Assembly: GCA_040954595.2 (NCBI GenBank)
Contig: CM082591.2
Location: forward strand, 11,239,309-11,303,308
From: Balanoglossus misakiensis
Lineage: Eukaryota; Animalia; Hemichordata
Length of the DNA stretch: 64,000 nt
Reading direction: 5' to 3'
Positions 61,301 to 64,000 of this stretch are shown here, piece by piece; the stretch's first letter is position 1, and the number at the start of each line of letters is the position of its first letter. The notes beneath the pieces were generated by a model. The model did no database searches, was not told where the DNA came from, and saw only the letters and a list, made by a program, of their open reading frames with translations. The translations under genes were made by a program, and so were the position numbers.

Positions 61301-62725
61301 GTTCTCATGCTACTGTACATTCATAGAAAACGTCAGTTTATTGGCCTTATTCCCAACGACCAAGCAAGTTTTGTCACTGGTATACGTAATGTTATAACAA
61401 ATCACAAAAACAAACAACAACAGAAGACTATTATGCATGTGCAAAAAGTATGTATACAAACATCAATAAGACCAATGTAAGTAAATTCTTTGTTTTGCGT
61501 CCACGCGCACATAGGTTTTTGGAGGTTTTTGAGAAAAACATACACACACAGTTTTCTTGGGAAATTTTGCTCATGGACAATGTTGTGTCACAAAAATAAG
61601 TCATGACTTTCATATTGCAGCATTATACTTCTTTGTGAAGTCATATGACATCCCCACTTGGCAATGTAAACTCACTACAGGAACATGCATATAGCATGAC
61701 AAAATTGTCAATGAAGGCAAATTGTTTTGTGTTGAATTTTGTGTGTGTGAGTTTTATAATTGCTCAGTCGCCTAGCTTTCAGCCTTTTTAGTGGACGCAA
61801 AACAAAGAATTTACTTACTTTTGCCAATGTTCTGTAAGCACACTTGTGTTTAGTATTCCTAATAATATCACTAAGCAAATCAAAATCTACAACCCTTTTT
61901 GGCTCATTCCGTTGATATAATAAATTGTGACTTAAAGTGTACACTCACAGCAAACCAAAGCTTTATTATCATTTCTGTCTGTCTGTTGGACAAGTAAGTG
62001 TAATTTTACCTGTTGGCCAAAACATTAGCTGTCTTTGGCAGGCTAGACGAGAAAGGTAACCAGTACTCCATTGAGGTACATATTGAATAGGTAGCAGAGC
62101 AACATGTGAGAATGTGCTGGAATGTGTAAAACTTGTTAGACCTTGAAAGCCCTGGAAAAGTTGGATTCACCCCTGGAAAGTCACAGAAAATTGCAGTGAC
62201 TGTTGTGTGAAAGAAAATTATGCTATCGCCCTAGAAAATGACATTTTTGACTTCAAATACTCCTGGAAAACCATTCTGTAATTCCTGGGAAGTCCGGAAA
62301 TTTGAGTGTAAGGTTCTGCATATGTACCATCCGGTAGTTACCCTTCAACAAAACGCTAGAGTCACTGATAAAGTTTGGATTGTGAGCATATTTACAAATT
62401 GTAACAAAAACATCCCTTTTCTTAGTTACAACAACAGCGAGCTCAACTGCAACAGCAGCAGCAACAGACGCAGGCCAGCGCTGCAACATCGTCACTGCAA
62501 TTCCAGCCACAGCAGAGCACCACTACAGCCGTTACTCAGCAATCTCTGCAACACTTAGCCAACACTAACCTTAGTAACATAGGCCTGACTACACAGCAGG
62601 CACAAGTCACCAGTGGAACACCGTCATTAATAACACAACAACAACAATCACAACAACAACAGCAGTCTGTCGGACTTCAGGGTGTACCAAAAGAGACGAT
62701 ACAAGCACAGAGAGAAGTTAATTGG
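7187..62725 (+). CDS. MED25: Mediator of RNA polymerase II transcription subunit 25; 16 coding exons seen, gene continues beyond the right edge
   Basis: Phase-compatible GT-AG exons. VWA motifs [75 protein letters not shown] motifs [58 protein letters not shown]. Confidence 0.97.
9199..9774. mobile_element. TTAA-flanked Kolobok-type MITE (family A)
   Basis: TTAA|AGGTCTCATGTCATGC...GCATGGCATGTGACCT|TTAA; inverted second copy at 25735-33341. Confidence 0.8.
10258..10474. mobile_element. hAT-like MITE with 6-bp TSD
   Basis: CAGTGTTTCAT...ATGAAACGCTG; tacctg on both sides; related copy at about 4526-5035. Confidence 0.7.
11528..12956. mobile_element. TTAA-flanked Kolobok-type element carrying a frameshifted TTF/hAT-type zinc-finger fragment
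   Basis: TTAA|AGGCACGTAAGCTG...CAGCTTACGTGCCT|TTAA. Confidence 0.75.
12117..12500 (+). pseudogene. Zinc-finger fragment of hAT/ZNF862-like transposase type
   Basis: [12 protein letters not shown]...(frameshift in A-run)...[30 protein letters not shown]. Confidence 0.6.
13589..14025. mobile_element. TA-flanked MITE (Tc1/mariner-like) with an internal ~128-bp tandem duplication
   Basis: TA|CAGTGCAGCTTAGGAATAGCTTTCCAA...TTGGAAAGCTATTCCTAAGCTGCACTG|TA. Confidence 0.8.
14173..14962. mobile_element. TTAA-flanked Kolobok-type MITE (family B)
   Basis: TTAA|GATGGGTCCCTGGGATC...GATCCCAGGGACCCATC|TTAA; near-identical inverted copy at 50971-51765. Confidence 0.85.
14967..16582. mobile_element. TTAA-type MITE (family C), interrupted by 15240-16404
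   Basis: ACCCCGGTGCGG...CCGCACCGGGGT ends; uninterrupted inverted copy at 39460-39899. Confidence 0.8.
15240..16404. mobile_element. Non-autonomous DNA transposon with CAG..CTG ends and 5-bp TSD
   Basis: 28-bp TIR CAGTTCGTGTTCAGTCTAAAATAAGACA; TSD tttat; single-copy empty site in the 39460-39899 copy. Confidence 0.8.
16815..18453. mobile_element. Long-TIR non-autonomous element
   Basis: About 150-bp imperfect inverted repeats AGTGAACCGACACCTTCCTTGTAC..GAGGTTCTAATAAAATCTTTGTGAAAA; exact ends and TSD uncertain. Confidence 0.7.
19071..19119 (+). CDS. MED25: MED25 exon 2
   Basis: [16 protein letters not shown]; pyrimidine tract + CAG acceptor, GTCAGT donor. Confidence 0.9.
20272..20371. mobile_element. 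~100-bp piggyBac-type MITE (second copy at about 22147-22232)
   Basis: TTAA|CCCTTTCA...TGAAAGGG|TTAA. Confidence 0.7.
21349..21473 (+). CDS. MED25: MED25 exon 3
   Basis: [41 protein letters not shown]. Confidence 0.92.
22397..22495 (+). CDS. MED25: MED25 exon 4
   Basis: [32 protein letters not shown]. Confidence 0.92.
24110..24172. repeat. (AAC)n/(AAT)n compound microsatellite
   Basis: Read directly from the sequence. Confidence 0.9.
24391..24511 (+). CDS. MED25: MED25 exon 5
   Basis: [40 protein letters not shown]. Confidence 0.94.
24712..24865 (+). CDS. MED25: MED25 exon 6
   Basis: [23 protein letters not shown]...[14 protein letters not shown]. Confidence 0.94.
25750..26453 (-). repeat. 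3' LTR (704 bp)
   Basis: TGTTACG...CGTAACA; matches the 5' LTR apart from an 11-bp tandem duplication near 26277-26300; purine tract GGTGGGGGAGG adjacent on the minus strand. Confidence 0.95.
26514..29861 (-). pseudogene. pol: protease-integrase-reverse transcriptase-RNase H with premature stops
   Basis: [10 protein letters not shown] (about 29770-29800); HHCC + IDCVGP/SDQGSNF/ERFH integrase; TAG at 27630-27632 inside [17 protein letters not shown]; YIDD; DAS..EKELLA..YTDH..ADSLSR. Confidence 0.93.
29862..31019 (-). pseudogene. gag (frameshifted), with SCAN-like capsid segment and CCHC zinc knuckle
   Basis: [49 protein letters not shown]; split over three frames. Confidence 0.88.
31208..31225 (-). 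other. Primer-binding site complementary to the 3' end of tRNA-Pro
   Basis: TGGGGGCTCGTCCGGGAG, 4 nt inside the 5' LTR; 17/18 match to the canonical tRNA-Pro PBS TGGGGGCTCGTCCGGGAT. Confidence 0.88.
31230..31922 (-). repeat. 5' LTR (693 bp)
   Basis: TGTTACG...CGTAACA direct repeat of 25750-26453. Confidence 0.95.
32293..33130. mobile_element. Foldback MITE with ~350-bp inverted arms (Harbinger-like ends)
   Basis: GGCGTTCTCACTGGCACGTTTACACCGGTG... arms at about 32293-32653 and 32782-33130. Confidence 0.85.
33943..35127. mobile_element. P-superfamily-like non-autonomous element
   Basis: TIR CACGGGCGTCATGGAACAATAAAGTGTAT; CA..TG ends; 7-bp TSD gatcaac. Confidence 0.8.
36509..36703 (+). CDS. 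MED25: MED25 exon 7 (S/T/P-rich linker)
   Basis: Phase 1-1 exon [18 protein letters not shown]...VGSPSP with canonical splice sites. Confidence 0.82.
37548..37688 (+). CDS. MED25: MED25 exon 8 (linker)
   Basis: Phase 1-1 exon [12 protein letters not shown]...NVQTAP; GTAAG donor. Confidence 0.82.
38303..38565 (+). CDS. MED25: MED25 exon 9 (P/Q/S-rich linker)
   Basis: Phase 1-0 exon [14 protein letters not shown]...TQFSSTQ. Confidence 0.82.
39225..39408 (+). CDS. MED25: MED25 exon 10
   Basis: Phase 0-1 exon [29 protein letters not shown]...SQPQR. Confidence 0.82.
39460..39899. mobile_element. TTAA-type MITE family C (intact)
   Basis: TTAA|ACCCCGGTGCGG...CCGTACCGGGGT|TTAA. Confidence 0.85.
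42054..42236. mobile_element. Small Kolobok-type MITE inserted in the left ISL2EU TIR
   Basis: TTAA|AGGTATACGGTCACC...GGTGACTGTATACCT|TTAA; absent from the right arm. Confidence 0.85.
42398..42984. mobile_element. Kolobok-type MITE family D, copy 1 (in left TIR)
   Basis: TTAA|AGCCTCAGTATTTCTCGT...ACGAGAAATACTGGGGCT|TTAA; empty TTAA site in the right arm near 52307. Confidence 0.87.
45405..45599 (+). repeat. 39-bp minisatellite, about 5 copies, spanning the YqaJ stop codon
   Basis: (GCTGAAATGATAGATTTTGTAAATATAGATGCAAATTAA)n with minor variants. Confidence 0.92.
45727..46329. mobile_element. Kolobok-type MITE family D, copy 2 (between the convergent genes)
   Basis: Direct repeat of 42398-42984 with its own TTAA flanks. 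Confidence 0.87.
47890..50804. mobile_element. P-superfamily-like non-autonomous element in the transposase intron
   Basis: 30-bp TIR CATAGACCCTAGAGAAAGAAGGACGCGCAA; 7-bp TSD ctgtgac. Confidence 0.85.
50971..51765. mobile_element. Kolobok-type MITE family B, inverted copy, inserted in the last codon of the THAP exon
   Basis: Reverse complement of 14173-14962; TTAA duplicated from TTT-AAG|GT. Confidence 0.88.
52677..52955. repeat. 140-bp tandem duplication spanning the ISL2EU right terminus and its flank
   Basis: Two near-identical units at 52677-52816 and 52817-52955. Confidence 0.92.
53889..54300. mobile_element. Kolobok-type MITE
   Basis: TTAA|GGATGTACG...CGTACATCC|TTAA. Confidence 0.75.
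54494..54645 (+). CDS. MED25: MED25 exon 11
   Basis: Phase 1-0 exon [13 protein letters not shown]...VQNQSL; tandem CAGCAG acceptor. Confidence 0.8.
54865..55014 (+). CDS. MED25: MED25 exon 12 (start of ACID/PTOV domain)
   Basis: [14 protein letters not shown]...[19 protein letters not shown]. Confidence 0.93.
55573..56933 (+). mobile_element. Helentron-associated (HINE-like) non-autonomous element with internal tandem repeats
   Basis: AACAAG start; repeated AGGTCAAAGGTCA- and CCAATATGGCCG-containing units; terminal perfect stem TAGGGCCCAAGCGC-AAGCAA-GCGCTTGGGCCCTA. Confidence 0.55.
57945..58088 (+). CDS. MED25: MED25 exon 13
   Basis: [21 protein letters not shown]...[16 protein letters not shown]. 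Confidence 0.94.
58429..58536 (+). CDS. MED25: MED25 exon 14
   Basis: [36 protein letters not shown]. Confidence 0.94.
58622..58966. mobile_element. Almost fully palindromic Kolobok-type MITE (related interrupted copy at about 20420-20870)
   Basis: TTAA|AGGGACAAAGTCTC...GAGACTTTGTCCCT|TTAA. Confidence 0.82.
59105..60193 (-). mobile_element. Kolobok-type deletion derivative with a remnant accessory ORF
   Basis: TTAA|AGGCGGAAC...GTTCCGCCT|TTAA; minus-strand [28 protein letters not shown]. Confidence 0.7.
60478..61225. mobile_element. piggyBac-type MITE
   Basis: TTAA|CCCTTAAAG...CTTTGAGGG|TTAA. Confidence 0.7.
61256..61447 (+). CDS. MED25: MED25 exon 15
   Basis: [21 protein letters not shown]...[24 protein letters not shown]. 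Confidence 0.95.
62426..62725 (+). CDS. MED25: MED25 exon 16 (Q-rich)
   Basis: Phase 0-0, 300 nt, [14 protein letters not shown]...QREVNW; GTAAGT donor. Confidence 0.85.
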
Positions 62726-62882
62726 GTAAGTACAACGAGACAGCATCATCCAGAATACTCTAAAATTCATATGGTTGCTATGATGTCAAGAATATCACAG
62801 AACTTCTATTGATACATGCTCTGGCTTAACCCCAATCTGATTAAAATCAGATGTAGGGAACGGCGACGTGGTTTTTTTATGC

Positions 62883-64000
62883 TGTCGCCTCACACTACAT
62901 CTGACCAACTCTCAATGGAGCTCCCGTTGAAATCGCGCATTCCGACCTAGATTGCGTGTTACGCCGACCAAAGAATTGCACTGGGAGATGGGAGAAATGT
63001 TGTTGTTGACTTCGAGTATCGCACAGAATACGAAAGATTGGCTTTCTCTTGTGAACAATTACATGTAATCCCATGGTATCTTTCTTTGTTTGGCGTCATC
63101 GTATGCGAGTGGTTTTCGCAGAGCAGTGGAAACGTCGAGCTGTAGCCATATACAAATGATGAACTGTCGTTGATCATTTATAAACTCTCCTAACAAGTCA
63201 CGTTCGCCCTCGTAGTCATGTTGCCAGTCGGGAAAATGACGTACTTCATGTAAAAGTTTATAAAAAATAAACCAAATTTCACTGCCATGTATCCCAAAAC
63301 CATTAATGTGACAGGATTTAAAAAATAACGCTAATTTCGGCTAAGGAGGGTCAAGTCATAGCTCTGCGTACAGGTCTGTGTGTTCCCCGGCGGTACCACA
63401 GCCCTGCAACTTGCAAGGCCCCATAGACAAAACTGGTGCGGTCCGGACCCGGACCGCAGCTTTTTTGTTCGAAATTCGATTTTATCGAAGCAAAATCCTT
63501 TCCCTGTCTACTTCTACCTCCTAACCGACCCCAAATATGATGCGATTAACTTCTTCTAACGTCCGTGTAACGCCGGGAATGCACAGACATATACGCAGAG
63601 CTAGTCAAGTCAGTGCAGTCGGTCGCTACACTGCACTCTGGTGTATACAAACAATCGTGGCGACAGAATCTCACCCTGGGACGGCCTTAATCGATTCTCT
63701 AACAATTTTACTGCGACTTTTTGTCACGTCTTATACATTTCGTTGGCCGGTGGAATATAGAGGTTCAGTCGTCACGCTGAACTGGCTCGAAACCATTCCC
63801 CATGCTGATTCGACTCTCGCGCCTGGGATACGTCTGTGGTAGCTCCATGGTAACAACCGCAAGGGGCCAGATCATGTGATAATGTGGGATGCCTATCGTT
63901 TGCTATAAGGCGCCTTCTGATTGGCTTACTGGCCCAGTAAATCTCGTAGATTTCAACGGGAGCTGCAGTGGGAGTTGGTCAGATGTAGTGTAGGCGACAG
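62883..64000. mobile_element. TIR element; right end reaches the window edge
   Basis: CTGTCGCCTCACACTACATCTGACCAACTC..AGCTCCCGTTGAAATC is inverted at about 63949-64000. Confidence 0.7.

Overview
This is AT-rich, intron-rich animal genomic DNA, probably from a marine invertebrate (inferred from gene structure and the transposon mix). It is not prokaryotic. Two host genes sit head-to-head about 750 bp apart. UMPS (minus strand) has 6 coding exons between 6440 and 646 and continues off the left edge. MED25 (plus strand) has 16 coding exons from 7187 to 62725, covering the VWA domain, a P/S/T/Q linker, the ACID/PTOV domain and a Q-rich region, and continues off the right edge. The introns hold many nested transposons: a Gmr1-type Ty3/Gypsy LTR element with PRO-INT-RT-RH domain order, many TTAA-flanked Kolobok/piggyBac-type MITEs, and P-like, hAT-like and pogo-like elements. 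MED25 intron 10 contains a 14-kb, four-level nest. At its core is an ISL2EU-type two-gene transposon (THAP-DDE transposase plus SAP-SWIM-YqaJ exonuclease). Its ~490-bp terminal inverted repeats each carry promoter-type motifs and an identical ATG micro-exon (MAAKM|GT) that appears to start both convergent genes. That element sits in an intron of a spliced Kolobok/Mutator-like transposase remnant with a RING finger, bounded by pogo-type TA/CAG ends. All calls were made by eye, without database searches.
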